Under the pieces are notes generated by a model. The model made no database searches. It was given only the letters and a program-made list of their open reading frames with translations, and had not been told where the DNA came from. Positions 13,735-27,257 of a DNA stretch of 64,000 nt are shown one piece after another (position 1 is the first letter of the stretch; every line of letters starts with the position of its first letter). The stretch covers positions 103,230,001 to 103,294,000 of the forward strand of contig NC_043003.1 in the NCBI RefSeq assembly GCF_006345805.1. Direction: 5' to 3'. A program made the position numbers and the translations under genes. This DNA is from Octopus sinensis (taxonomy: Eukaryota).

Positions 13735-14500
13735 GCTTACTTGGTAGGTTGCTTGCTTGGTAGATTGCTTGATTGGTTGGTTGGTTGGTTGGTTGATTGG
13801 TTGGTTGGTTGGTTGGTTGGCTGCTTGGTTGGTTGGTTGATTGGTTGATTGGTTGGTCGGTAGGCTGGTTGGCTGCTTGGTTGGTTGGATGGTTGGATGG
13901 TTGGATGGCTGCTTGGTTAGTTGGTTGGTTGGTTGGCTGGTTGGTTGGTTGGTTGTGGTTGGTTGGTTGGTTGGTTGGTTGGTTGGTTGGCTGCTTGGTT
14001 AGTTGGTTGGTTGGTTGGCTTGTTGGTTGGTTGGCTGGTTTGTAGGTAGTTTGGTTGATTGATTGGTTAGATGGTTAGATGGTTGGTTGGTTGGTTGGTT
14101 GGTTGGTTGGTTGGTTGGTTGGCTGCTTGGCTGGTTGGTTGATTGGTTGGTCGGTAGGTTGGTTGGCTGCTTGGTTGGTTGGATGGTAGGATGGTTGGAT
14201 GGCTGCTTGGTTGGTTGGTTGGCTGCTTGGTTGGTTGGTTGCTTGGTTGCTTGGTTGGTTGGTTGGTTGGTTGGTTGGTGGCTGGTTGGTTGGTTGGTTA
14301 GTTGGTTGGTTGGTTGGCTGGTTGGTTGGTTGGTTGGTTGGTTGGTTGGTTGGTTGGTTGGTTGGTTGGTTGGTTGGTTGGTTGGCTGGTTGGCTGGTTG
14401 GTTGGTTAGTTGGTTGGTTGGTTGGTTGGTTGGTTGGTCGGTTGGTTGGTTGGTTGGTTGGTTGGCTGCTTGGTTGGTTGCTTGATTGGTTGGTTCATTG
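13735..14500. repeat. (TTGG)n tetranucleotide array, ~760 bp
   Basis: Direct reading. Confidence 0.95.
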
Positions 14501-14929
14501 ATTTCTCCAGCCGTGCTTTACATTATATAGAGAGGGAGAAAGAGAGAGAGTACAAGGAGATAGAGAGAGAGTTAACATAAGAGTTGTACAATTTTAAATG
14601 AAATGTTGCAGAGACTGGTATTTCAACAGAACAATAGAACAGATTGCAATTATGTAGATATAAAATTTACAAATATAGTAACATACGAGCAAAATGACCT
14701 CCGTCCAATGGACGGTGCTGAGTTGTCAAACATTTAAACCAAATTTTCTCAAAACAACTTGTCCGACCGTCCCATAGGCCTCCCCTTTGAGAAACACTGA
14801 TTTAACCTAAATTTGAGACACCAGCCAAAGAAAAAATAAGGATAGACTTTTTTCTATTCCAAAGAAAAACGATTTTATTCACATAAATATGCAACCGAAG
14901 AGTTTAAAGTACCAGTAAGTACATCGCAA

Positions 14930-15141
14930 CAGTTGCTGTACTTACGCGTACAAATGCACGTTCCCACGGCTTTATCGATCTCATTCTCACCTGGAATCGA
15001 TTTTTGTAATTTTTTCAAGACTTATACACGCCCTGATATCGTCGGTATCTACATGTCAAATTTGAGCGCAATCGGATGGAGGATGCCCGAGATCCTAGAA
15101 GACACACACACAGACAGACAGAACGGATTTTATATAATAGA
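14930..15141 (-). mobile_element. Non-autonomous Helitron, 5' portion
   Basis: Minus strand begins A|TCTATTATATAAAATCCGTTCTGTCTGTCTG, like the 5' end of the 25625 element; 3' CTAG end not found. Confidence 0.55.
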
Positions 15142-15728
15142 TATTCATTGCAAATATACAAGTACGAAATTTGTTTTTATCTAATCTTAGTTAAGGTAAT
15201 AATTTTTTTTCTTTTTCGTTTGTTGAAAACTAAGTATTCATTTCATAATTTTGAATAAACACCAAGAAGTTTGATAGAAGTTAAATTATAATAATTGTAT
15301 GTTACGCCATTTCCCCCGATATTACGCATGGTGGCAAAACTATACTTCCTAAGTTACTCGATATACTTCCTAAGTTACTCTAGTTTGATACTTTATTTTA
15401 TCTAAATAAAGATGGGTGAAAGGCAATGTTGACTTCGGCGGGATTTGAACACAGAACGCAAGTGTCTGTATCTAAATACATTCCGCAAACCCTTTGCTCT
15501 AAAGTTCTAACGATTCTTTCAAATCCACTATCCATTTCTATGATTATGTGTGCTCTTACGCAGAATTAATTGATCGTCAGCGCTTGGATTGGTATTTCAT
15601 TTAGGTTTATGAGTGTGTGCGGGTATTTGTTGTATAGAAGACAGAGATAGAAATAAATGGATGGATGGAAGAATGGATGGAAGAATGGATGGATGGATGG
15701 ATGGAGATGGATGGAAAGATGGAAAGAC

Positions 15729-15763
<35 letters not shown>

Positions 15764-15820
15764 CAGAGAGAGAGACAGAGAGAGGGGGAGAGAGAGATAG
15801 ATAGAGAGAGAGAGATAACT

Positions 15821-16099
15821 TTCATTATTGTCCACACAGGGCTGAACACAGATAGGACAAATAAAAATGTAGAGCTTTTCTTTTCGAAAATGAAAAAAGG
15901 GAGGAAAATAAGTAAAAAAAAAAAGTAATATTCCGATCAAAAGGGATCGTGTATAACAGAAGAATTTTTAAAGATGTAAAAAGTGAGCTTAGGTTTATCA
16001 GTTGATAGAAAAGCCTACGGAAAAGACCACGGTAACCTCAGGCAGGGTGGGGATAAACACATGAGAGCAAAGTGCTCTATCTATCTATCGCTCTCTCTC

Positions 16100-16150
<51 letters not shown>

Positions 16151-16212
16151 TACAGGATCATGCTCAAAGTGGTTTCGTACTCGCACGCACCATCTTTGCT
16201 ACATTCACCCAC
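15821..16212 (-). mobile_element. 3' end of L1/Tx1-like LINE (second copy), with (GA)/(GATA)n tail to the left
   Basis: Aligns with 40628-40880 (e.g. GGAAAAGACCACGG, TTGCTACATTCACCCA, TAGAGCTTTTC); interrupted by a (TC)n tract. Confidence 0.7.
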
Positions 16213-16218
16213 GGTAAC

Positions 16219-16660
16219 GTTATAAGGTGTAGGGACGTTATAATGTGTAGGTGGCGTTATAAGGTGTAGGTGACGTTATAATGTGTAGGTGACGTTATAA
16301 GGTGTAGGGATGTTATAATGTGTAGGTGGAGTTATAAGGTGTAGGTGACGTTATAATGTGTAGGTGACGTTATAAGGTGTAGGGATGTTATAATGTGTAG
16401 GTGACGTTATAAGGTGTAGGGACGTTATAATGTGTAGATAACGCTATAAGGTGTAGGGATGTTATAATGTGTAGGTGACGTTATAAGGTGTAGGGACGTT
16501 ATAATTTGTAAGTGACGTTATAAGGTGTAGGGATGTTATAATGTGTAGGTGACGTTATAAGGTGTAGGGACGTTATAATGTGTAGGTGTCGTTATAAGGT
16601 GTAGGGACGTTATAATGTGTAGGTGTCGTTATAAGGTGTAGGTGACGTTATATTGTGTGG
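16219..16660. repeat. Minisatellite of 18-19 bp monomers (GTTATAAGGTGTAGGGAC / GTTATAATGTGTAGGTGAC)
   Basis: About 23 monomers with alternating AAGG/AATG variants. Confidence 0.95.
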
Positions 16661-17121
16661 GTAAGGATTGGGTAATATTACATTATATTACTGACAATGT
16701 ATTGTGCAAGTGATACATTTTGTGTGTAACATGGTCACGTATTGGCCACTTGATGCTGTGTGGATGTTTGGGAATTATATTCATAATATTTTATTGCCTG
16801 TCTAATATTGTAATGTACATAGCAGTTCTATTTCTATTGTTGACGTCACAGTGTACGAGATAAGTTGTGTGTATAGCATCGAGAATAAGACATGCAGAGT
16901 TGCTCCCAGTAGAGCAGTTCAAAAGGGTAGATTATTAAATTTGAATCTGGTTGAAGGTATCAATAATGATCTGCAACAGTAACACAGGAAGTTGTCATTG
17001 CTGGTTACTATCTGTTATAAACTTGTCGTTTGTGTGATTGAAGGAAGAAGTGAAAGTGAACGTTAGCCGTGGTTCTCTCTCTCTCTCTCTCCCTCCCTCT
17101 CTCTCTCCCTCTCTCTCTCCC

Positions 17122-17155
<34 letters not shown>

Positions 17156-17305
17156 CGTGTTTCTTCCATAATTAATGCTATTATTATTTGTTTGCAGAGA
17201 GACAATATCACTACGATACACAACCACTTCAAGCTCTCATCATCATCATCATCATCATCATCATCGTCAATAATAATAATAATAATAATGATAATAATAA
17301 TAATA

Positions 17306-17342
<37 letters not shown>

Positions 17343-17820
17343 CCTTTCTACTATAGGCACAAGGCCTAGAATTTGAAGGAAGGGGGATAATCATTCACAC
17401 TGACCCCAGTACTTGACTGGTACTTAATTTATCGACCCCGAAGTCGACCTCGGTAGAATTTGAACGTAGCGACGGGCGAAATACCACTTAGTATTTTGTC
17501 AACGTGGTAACGATTCTGCCGGCTCGCCACCTTAATTCAAAACGTAGCGACGGACGAAATACTACGAAGCATTTCTGGATGCAAACGAAAACCACATTGT
17601 GAGATATTCATACATCAGAAACATGTGTCGGGCAGATTGAAATTAAATACACTATATAACTCCTTGGAACAACAAAAAAATGTATAATTCTCATTATTGT
17701 TTGAATTGTCTTGGATGCAAACATATGTGTGTGTATACAAGTTGTAATCCATGCTGGATCCTCGAGAAATGCATATGTATATTCATGTGAATCCAATATA
17801 TATATATAAAAGCATGAAAT

Positions 17821-18049
17821 GCGGCGAGCTGGCAGAACCGTTAGCACGCCGGGTGAAATGCGTAGCCGTATTTCGTCTGCCGTTACATTCTGAGTTCAAA
17901 TTCCGCCGAGGTCGACTTTGCCTTTCATCCTTTCGGGGTATATAAATTAAGTACCAGTTACGCACTTGGGTCGATGTAATCAACTAAATCACTTTGTCCG
18001 TCCTTGTCTATCCCCTCTGTGTTTAGCCCCTTGTGGGTAATAAAGAAAC
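17821..18049 (+). mobile_element. SINE family A
   Basis: Head GCGGCGAGCTGGCAGAACCG, B box GAGTTCAAATTCC, tail TTTAGCCCCTTGTGGGTAATAAAGAAA; many copies in window. Confidence 0.85.
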
Positions 18050-18090
18050 ATATATATATATATATATTATATATATATATATATATTATA

Positions 18091-18130
<40 letters not shown>

Positions 18131-18649
18131 AATACATGATTTATTTAAATGAGATATGCCTAGCAATTGAGGTTTTTGGTGAATTCTATTTGCATATCAA
18201 AACTGAAAACTGGAAAAATTAACCTTAACTCTCCAGACAGAGATTCAAAAGTAATATTATTTTTAGTATTATTTTTTAATCTTTACCTGAAGGGTTACGG
18301 TTAGCAGATTTAATACCTTTTTTTTTTTTACAAGTACCTCCCGTTCTGTAATGAAACATGTGTAACATAGAATTAAAAATATATCAACTTTTCCAGTTTT
18401 CTGTTTTGATATATATGAGGGAAAAAGTAAATACAGGAGGATCAGTTAATTATGATTTTATTCAATATATTCCTCTCTTAGATTCATACACTTACCGCAG
18501 CGGCCCCTCAGTTTTTTTTTTTAATCCCTGTTAAAGAACTCGGAAGGTTGGGTCCCCAACCAGGCCTTTCGCGACACTCTTAAAGTCAGGAACCTTTCAG
18601 CACCCCCTCGTATAAATATATTGTGTGCGTGTGCCAGTTACCGTTTACA

Positions 18650-19470
18650 TTGCATGTAAGCGACCAAGATTAAAACAATCCCTTGAAGGGGACGCCGGTA
18701 CAAGGGCGGTAGCAAAAGATATTAGTGATGTGGAAGGGCTAGGAACTGTGGTGTAAACGTTTCAAGGAAGATGACACCAGCCTTGAAAACAAACCAAGGA
18801 CAAAGAGACCTTTTGTTGTGGAAAATGTAGCCTTGCCTCAAATTATTGAACAACAGCCTAGCATAAGTACCTGTACATTGTCAGCAGAAATTGGTCCTCC
18901 ATAAAATGTCATCAATCGACACCTCCATATGCTCAACCTTGTGAACATTTGCAAACAACTGCTGGGAAATACCCACTAAGGTACCAGTTTTTAGCATCGA
19001 ATTGTAATCGGGGATGAAACAATGGATCTATTTTTGTTATAGCAGAAATCAGTGGCTTCGTTCCGAACCTTTTGTCAAACAAGAATGGTTTGAACAGGTC
19101 ATGTCGTATGTTTGGTGGGATTTCAATGGGTTATTGGACTTTGAGCGTGTTCCAGATGATTCTGCAGTGAGCGTTAACATTTAGCCTCTACAACTACAAC
19201 GAGTGTATCATGATTTGAAAGTCTACTACACGGCATTGGTCAACCAAAAACGGGTACCTCTACAGCATGACAATATTCCAGCACACATTGTGACCAATGT
19301 GACCAAGAGAAAATTTGAGGAACTTGAGGGGCTGGACGTTCTGCCTCACCCTTTCCCACAGTCCAGAACTTGTACCATCAGATGGCTCTTTTCCTGCTGG
19401 GACAGAGTTTCGACAATATAGAAGAGATTGAAAATGGGTTTAGGGAGTGATTTAAGCATGGATTTGAGTT
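18650..19470 (+). pseudogene. Decayed mariner transposase
   Basis: Fragments KRFKEDDTSLENKPR, RIVIGDET, VMSYVWWDFNG, LQHDNIPAH, VLPHP; stops and frameshifts. Confidence 0.8.
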
Positions 19471-19519
19471 ATGCATGTATGTATGTATTATGTATTATTG
19501 TATCATACACACACACACA

Positions 19520-19569
<50 letters not shown>

Positions 19570-19810
19570 TATATATATATATATATATATAATGTACTAT
19601 GCATATTGATCGTTCTTAAGAATTATATACAAATAATGTATGCTCTTTGGTAATGATTTCTTAATAAAAGAAACGTAAAGTTAGAAGCGATTCTCTTCCC
19701 TTAAGTAGCACGCTCTATCTTTTGAATAGCAATTCCTAGTAATTGCACCAAGTGTGAGTGGGGGTGTGTGTGTCTGTATGTATGTATGTATGTATGTATG
19801 TATGTATGTA

Positions 19811-20006
19811 TGTATATAATTAAGAGAAATAGCCTCTATTAAGTAATTCAATAGTGAAAGACTATCTATATCAAAGAAAAATTTAAATATACTGTAATAA
19901 ATATTATAATATTTATTATAGTATATTTGAATTTTTCTATATGATATAGATAAAGTTTTTCACCATTGAATTACTTAATAGAGGTTATTTCTCTTAATTA
20001 TATACA
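19811..20006. repeat. Imperfect palindrome, arms about 97 bp, ~2-bp spacer
   Basis: TAATTAAGAGAAATAGCCTCTATTAAG... / ...CTTAATAGAGGTTATTTCTCTTAATTA; centre AATAAATATT-AT-AATATTTATT. Confidence 0.85.
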
Positions 20007-20116
20007 TATATATTATATATTGTGAAATTTGATTTGGAATTGCTAAATTGAATTTTCCTTGTAAGTTTGGAATTATATTCCCTACTTTATATTATACATA
20101 CACACACACACACACA

Positions 20117-20161
<45 letters not shown>

Positions 20162-20673
20162 TTAGAGATAAAACCACTATATGCAACTCAAACAGTGATA
20201 GACATAAGCCAATACATAAATAACAAATAATATATATATATATTAATATGATATATAATATATATATATATGTATATATATATATGTATGTATATATATA
20301 CATATATATTCAAAAAGTATAAAATGAATGATGAATATAATATAAGTAAAAACACTACGTACGTTTCATGGCTATAATTAAATTCGAATTACAATTAAGT
20401 TTAAATCCAATTGAAATAAATTCGAACTAAAATTATAGTCAATCTTCAGGTTTATGATAATAGTTAAATAAATAAGCAAATAGAGTTGGGTTTGACAAAA
20501 TAATGAAAACAAGTAGCATCATAGCACCACAATTTTGAAATATCTATAAAACCGTTAAAAAGTTTATTTTAATGTTTTTTTTATTTATTATTAATGTTAC
20601 TTAACTATGTTTTTGCTAAAATTGCTGTTTCTTTTCAGATTTCATCAGAAAAAAGTAATTAAAATTCATTAAA

Positions 20674-21270
20674 ATGACAGCTCAGTCGGACTTTGAAAGA
20701 GGTCAAATTGTTGGTGCTCGTATGGCAGGCACTTGCGTAACGAAAACAGCCAAAATGTTTAGTATATCAAGAAGTACTGTCTCAAAAGTAATGACAGTAA
20801 AGAAAGAGGGGGGAAACCTCCTCGTCGAAACAAAATTCCGGAAGAAAACAAAAACTTAATGACCACCTCGAGAACCCAGTTTCCACAAAGACTGTTCACC
20901 GTGAGCTGCACAAAGATGCAATCAGAAAACCACTACTTTCAAAAACAAACGTTGCAAAGCATTTAGAGTGGAGTAAAAACCTACAGAATTGGTCCCTAGA
21001 GCAGTAGAAGAATGTTATTTTCTCGGACGAGTCATCCTCTACCTTTTTTCCGACTACCAGCCGAGTATACGTGTGGAGAAGGCCAAAAGAAGTATTTGAC
21101 CCAGACTGCTTTCTTCCAACTGTTAAACATGAAAGAGGATCTGTGATGATCGGGATGGGGGCTGTATCTTAGAAATCTGCCGGCTCAATGGTTTCCCTTC
21201 ATGACAGAATTAATAGTCAAGGCGATTTAAGCATTTTACCTGATCAAATTCATCCTGTGGTTGCGGAACA
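20674..21270 (+). pseudogene. Tc1 transposase N-terminal relic
   Basis: MTAQSDFERGQIVGARMAG (Tc1 HTH start), AIRKPLL, VIFSDES; truncated at a (TA)n tract. Confidence 0.85.
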
Positions 21271-21794
21271 TGTATATGTATATATATATATGTACATGTA
21301 TATGTATATATATTTGTGTATGTGTGTATGTGTAAGAGGGAAAGAGAGAGATTAGGAGTTCATAAATTTGTACAAGAGTTAGAGTGTCCTTAAAACCGTC
21401 GGCCTGTATAATATTTGATGTCAAGGGAATAACTTATTAAACAACTCTGAACGTATTCATACTCACTGAATAATGCCGTTCTGATTTAGGTACAATGTCA
21501 GCCAGCAAATTTGAAGGAGTGATTAGTAGATACTCTCGACTCTAGGATTTGACCACTACTAAAATTTATGAACTTTTAAAGCATGAAAGGTAAAGTTGGC
21601 TTGATTTGAACTTAGAATGCTAAAAACCGGATTACATGCCGTAAAGCATTTATTCCACCACTCTAACGATTCTGCTAAATCTCCGCCGCTACACGTTCTT
21701 TCTAATAAGAGTGTATGGAAAAAGAAGGAACAATCCAGTATTAATCCTTTCTATTATAGACACAAGGGCTGAAATTTGAGGAGAGGAGGGATAG

Positions 21795-21958
21795 TTAATT
21801 ACATCGACTCCAGTACATGACTGGTACTTATTTTATCGATCCCGAAAGGATGAAAGGCAAAGCCGACCTCGGCGGAATTTGAACTCAGAACGTAAAGACA
21901 GACGAAATACCGCTAAGCATTTTGTCCAAAGTGCTAACGATTCTGCTATCGTGTTGCC
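21795..21958 (-). mobile_element. SINE family A, degenerate partial copy
   Basis: Reverse complement of the family A core (GGATGAAAGGCAAAGCCGACCTCGGCGGAATTTGAACTC). Confidence 0.75.
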
Positions 21959-24416
21959 TACAATCCTATATTAACCAAAATAGTAATGATCAATTCGTAA
22001 AATCAATTAATTTGAATGATAATTAATTAAATTTGTAATTACTCATTTATAATGAATATATAATTATTTGTAATTAGAAATATAGAGAAGACATTTAAAA
22101 ATCAAGAATTTAGTCAGGATAATAAATGTATAAATACTTCATGAGAACAGCGAACATCTAAACAATAACGTAACTGTTCACTCTTAATACCTTCTGTAAG
22201 ATTCGAACGTGAAAATACTAATCGCTATTGTATTTCTTCCTCGGAGGATATCGCCTTTCTTTAATTAGATTACATCAATATATCGCGTGTGTTATATATG
22301 AGCACACATCGTCTAAAGGGAGATGTCTCCGATGGCGAAATATAACAGATATCAACATGTTCACGTTCGAACCAGCCAGGGCTTATTAAAGATCAACAGG
22401 TAGATTTTGTTTATACTCTTGCTGTTTTGTGTTCACCTTAAGAATTAAATATAATTTGCTCGACAGACATCAGTAAGCTTCAGCAAACAGTTTGCTTGGT
22501 AATTCTTATAAACAAGAATCGGTATTCTTGTTTATGTTTATTGATCCGGGATAACTTTCACTGAAGAGACGCTCGATATCGCTGAATAAAAAGTCCCCTT
22601 ACGTCATTGAATCGTGTATCATGAACACACATTGCCTGAAAGGAAGAGCTGTTTTCCGATGATGAAATACAACAGTGATCGGTATGTTCTCTTTCGAATC
22701 TGCCAAGACGTATTATGAGTGGACTGGAACGTCATTAATTAAATTTATAGAATATAAATGTATAACAGTATGCTTAATTATATTTAAAAGAAACCATAAT
22801 ATCGAATATATAAACAAAGTAGATACACAATACACACACACACACATACAGTAAGACACTATCACGCACAAATGAGAGCAAACACACACACACGTAAGTA
22901 TGGATGGATGGATGGATGGCATGTATCTATGTATGTATGTATGCATGTATGTATGTATGTATGTATGTATGTATGTATGTATGTATGTATGTATGTATGT
23001 ATGTATGACTATGAATCTTATGATTTATTAAATTAAATGTATAAGAAATTATAACATGTAATAATGTAAATAAACAATGTAGTTTTGAAGATTGGAATGC
23101 AGGTGTACACCTGGTATAGAGATTAGAAACTTTTGAACGATAGAGAATAACCGAAATGTAATAAAACAACAATAGTTAATTTAAATCTACCTGGGTGTAT
23201 GATACGGAATATGTAAATAAAGAAAGAAATCTTCTCCATGACAGAATACAGCGTATGGCTTTCTCATGGGTTTGAATCTGCCCCAAGCATATTTGAACTG
23301 GTAACAAGTTTGTATTAATGCACTTCATTGCTTAGCGCTCTCAGCTCCGTATTTTATTTACGGTGAGCCACTGAATAGCGCAACCATTCATGAAATCATG
23401 ACGGGGCATGCCTCTTGTATCAGTTCGCAGCGTTTGCCTTTCCGGTCTCTGTGGCTGAAAAAGCGATAACCACTCCGAAATGCATGTATCCCACAGTCTG
23501 GTTAATGTACGTTGTGAGCTGAGTGTATTTACACGTATTTGTCAACAGCAAGAATTTTACAGTGAAAGGTTTTCTCACTGGTTCAGCTTTCTTACTGCCA
23601 CGAGCATGTTTGAACAGGTAACAAGTTTGTATTTACACACAATACTGCTTAGTGATATATAAATAAAGTATTGATAATTTAAATCTAAAAGTAGACACGG
23701 CTGTCGCTCACCAGTGTTTCTGTAATTTGTACCACGCTTTCGTTTTATGCCCATACAGTCGTGATCAGACAAAGAGACCTACTCGATCGAGTGGAACATG
23801 GAGGAAGTGACCGCTGGAGAAATATTTGAGCTGCACAAGCTGTTAGCTAGAATTTGCTCTCCGATGAGTAGACAAGAGCAACGTGAAAATGATGGGTCTT
23901 GCTCAAGGGTACAATGCTCCACTCAACCGTATTCCCAACAATTTAATCATTAGGTCATACACCATCAAAAACACCTCTCATAGTCGAAAATATAATATAT
24001 ATAAATCAAAAGGCAATCTTTATATCCAACTTAACGTGGGTGTTGTGTTAGAACACAGAATACTGCGTTACTTACCATGAGAAGTTCTCTCAGATGGACT
24101 CGTGATGTATAAAAGCACTTGCATTTATAGTGTTGACAGACGAAAAGAGAAGACCAAGCAGGACAAAGTCAAGTGATTTGGAGTTCTCGTCTGTCGACGA
24201 TATAGGTATGAGTATTTTTATGTACCAGGAGTCCCTCTGAGAAGTCTTCCTCTCGAGATAAATAATACAGAGTTCTGTTTTCTAATACAACATCCAAGTC
24301 ATTTTGGAGATAAAGATTGCCTTTTGGTGTTAATACTGATCTGTCACTATTAAATGTTTAATACAAACACACACACAACAACACACACAACACACAAAAC
24401 CACACACAACACTATA

Positions 24417-24464
<48 letters not shown>

Positions 24465-25185
24465 GCTGAAAAATTTCTATTATAATTCCACAGTATGGTA
24501 GAAGCTTGCTTTCCCACCACATGGTTCCTGGTTCAGTTCCACTGAGTGGCACCTTGGGTATGGTGTTTCTACTATAGCTTAAGTGCCGACAAAACCCTTG
24601 TGAGTGGGTTTGGTAGACGGAAACTGAAAGAGCCTGTCGTGTATATTATATATCATATATATATAATATATATATATATTATATATATATATGGCCATTA
24701 GGCACACCTTCACAAGCCAGCCCCCATACTTAACTCGTCCTGTCGAAAGACCCTTGTCCCACGTCATGTGCTGTTTTGTTGTTTATGTGTTTTTTTTTTT
24801 TTTTTTTTATTTTTACCGTTATTGTTTTTACGTTTTTGTATTCTTATTGGTGTTATGTCTCACGTATTCTGTATTTGGTTTATGTACTTCGTTCGCTTTC
24901 GTCCTCGCGTTGTATACATTCGAAGCTTCTTTCCAGGGGATCTAATGCGCTTGGCTTCTTAGATTTCCCTTGGCTGGCTGGCCATATCGGAGCAATCTCA
25001 AGATTAATCAGCCGAAAGTGCTAAGATGATCTGGTTTGACTGATGACTGAGGGCTTCGAATGTCCCGTCCTGTGGGTTCTTTGTGTCGTCTCTGTGGTGT
25101 TTCATGTTCTTGTCCATGTCTGTAATTATTTTTACTGTTTACCTATATATATATATACATATATATGTGTGTGTGTGTGCGTGTG

Positions 25186-25217
<32 letters not shown>

Positions 25218-25259
25218 TATACAACTCTCCATCCACTAGGGATTATATATTAAATTATC

Positions 25260-26695
25260 TTTGAAGCCACTGCTGGGAAATACCCAAACCGTCGTCTTGG
25301 TATAGGCCAACGTTATAAGATGAGTATTTATACCTCGATGTGTTTAATGTAAACAAACCCACAAGATCACAGATGTCAGCACTATCATATGACCACAGAG
25401 ATACATCAAATAGTTCATCACTATACGACTTTTCTACCCATGCTAATCCTTTTCTGGACAATAGTGTTTTCCTCGCATGCCTGATGAAATCTAGGTCCAT
25501 AAGGTCAATATCAGCTTATGATATATCAAATTCAATTAATTCAATAGCTTTATCAAGCAGCGATCTAGATATACAGGGATAAACGTCTATCATATCAAAC
25601 TGGGTGAATTTAGTCGTATTCTTATCTCTCTCTATATAAACGGCAGTTAGTCTGTGCGTGTTTCTGTGTGTCTGTTTGCTTGTACCCTAACTCTGACCAC
25701 GGCTTTCAACCGATTCTGATGAAACTTGACACACACACACCCAATGTCATAATTCAAACTAACGCAGCGAAAATTTTGAAAAGTTCCCCAGTTCAGAAAA
25801 GATCGATAAATTCGACATGGGGTCGACAATCAGAAACGAAACCGCAGATGGTGTAGGGGACGCACTCGGCCTTTTTAGCTATCAAAAAAAATTTACCATC
25901 ATTTTTTTGCTATTTTTTGGCTATAACTCTCTAAAAGTGCTTTATAGTTATTTCCATTCAAACCCGAGCAACGCCGGGCGATACTGCTAGTTCTTGATAT
26001 TCTTAAACCAATCTGTTACAGTAATACTGTTACTCCATTATTGAAACCCAGTAATTTCCCTAATTCTAATATTAATATTCTAAAGTGTTTTATTAGCTAC
26101 CAGCCCAGTTTCAGATCTCGCTGAGGTTAACAATATACGAGTAAGATTATATTAGAAATTGAGCTTATAATCTTTTAAAGTAATAAAAGCCTCTCACTTA
26201 ACTAAGCGTTCTAATCTCTCATTGATATGACTATGTTTAGCGAGGAATTTAGCTTCGTCATTGATATCATTGTATCTCTCTACGTTAGATTTCTTATATT
26301 AAGAGGAAAAGTTGACTTTTAGCAATTTATCGTATAAAACATTAGTAACTTTATATAGGTTATTTGTCTTATCCCAAAATACGAAATTCTTTTTAGAACT
26401 TCTAAAGTCTTTAATATCAGATTTCATTTTAGTTTGAAAGGAGTTATGGTATTTACAAAATCTAATATTGGTGACTAAATTAAGGAGGTCAGACTCAAAG
26501 GGGACTAAATCTTTAACAATAGGAGGGTATTTACGTGTCTTTAAATCATAACGTTCTCTATGAGGGAGTAAATCTGGAATCAGAAAATGAAGCTTTCCAT
26601 CTCATCCGTTTCACATGATCTTCAAATTTCTCAAGTATTATCCTGAGATATAATGTATTTGGTGATGTAGATATATTCTTAGTAGAGAAATCCAT
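25260..26695 (-). pseudogene. Penelope-like element ORF relic (N-terminus + reverse transcriptase), split by a Helitron
   Basis: MDFSTKNI..KRMRWKA..FESDLLNLVTNIRF..DKTNNLY..AFITLKD..WFKNIK/NKNTTKFTQFD..FDVSLWSYDSADICDLVG..GLYQDDGL; matches EN+ PLE RT motifs; many stops. Confidence 0.8.
25625..25990 (+). mobile_element. Non-autonomous Helitron
   Basis: A|TC 5' end, subterminal hairpin CCCG-AGCAACGC-CGGG (25963-25978), 3' CTAG|T; no TSD; excision restores the PLE reading frame. Confidence 0.85.
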
Positions 26696-26934
26696 GTGGT
26701 ATAAATCCATAACAATGTGTCACTCAACAAAGCAATCACGCCAACCATATGGCAGTTATGAACTTGCAGTGAAAAGCCACTGTTAGGAGGGGTACAATGT
26801 ACTGATCCGTGATAGAGAATTCAACATAAGAATGTACTCCATCTGGTGAGAGATAAATATTATTTATTTCAAGGTCACAATACATGTATTAAAGCGCTAC
26901 TAATAGTATTATATGTTGTGTGTATATGAAATAC

Positions 26935-26991
<57 letters not shown>

Positions 26992-27065
26992 ATAATATAT
27001 ATTGTGTGTGTGGTGTGTGTGTGTGTGTGTGTTGTGTGTGTGTGTGTGGTGTGTGTGTGTGTGTG

Positions 27066-27224
27066 TGGTAAGAAACTTGCTTCTCAACAACATGGTCCCC
27101 GGTTCAATTCTATGCGTGTTTCCTTGAGCAAGTATCTTCTACTATAGCCTTGGGTCGACCAAAACTTGTGAGTGGATTTGGTAGGCGGAACTGAAAGAAG
27201 CTCGTCGTATATATAATATATATA

Positions 27225-27257
<33 letters not shown>

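Noticed and set aside
16219-16660. CRISPR-like array
   Set aside because: Contiguous tandem monomers with no unique spacers, eukaryotic context, no cas genes
18194-18412. 26-bp inverted repeat as a MITE
   Set aside because: No TSD; appears internal to a larger degenerate repeat also seen at ~10840-10920
22190-22710. Several partial CTGAAGA/CCGATGA motifs in a degenerate repeat
   Set aside because: None has a correctly placed GAAA plus closing helices
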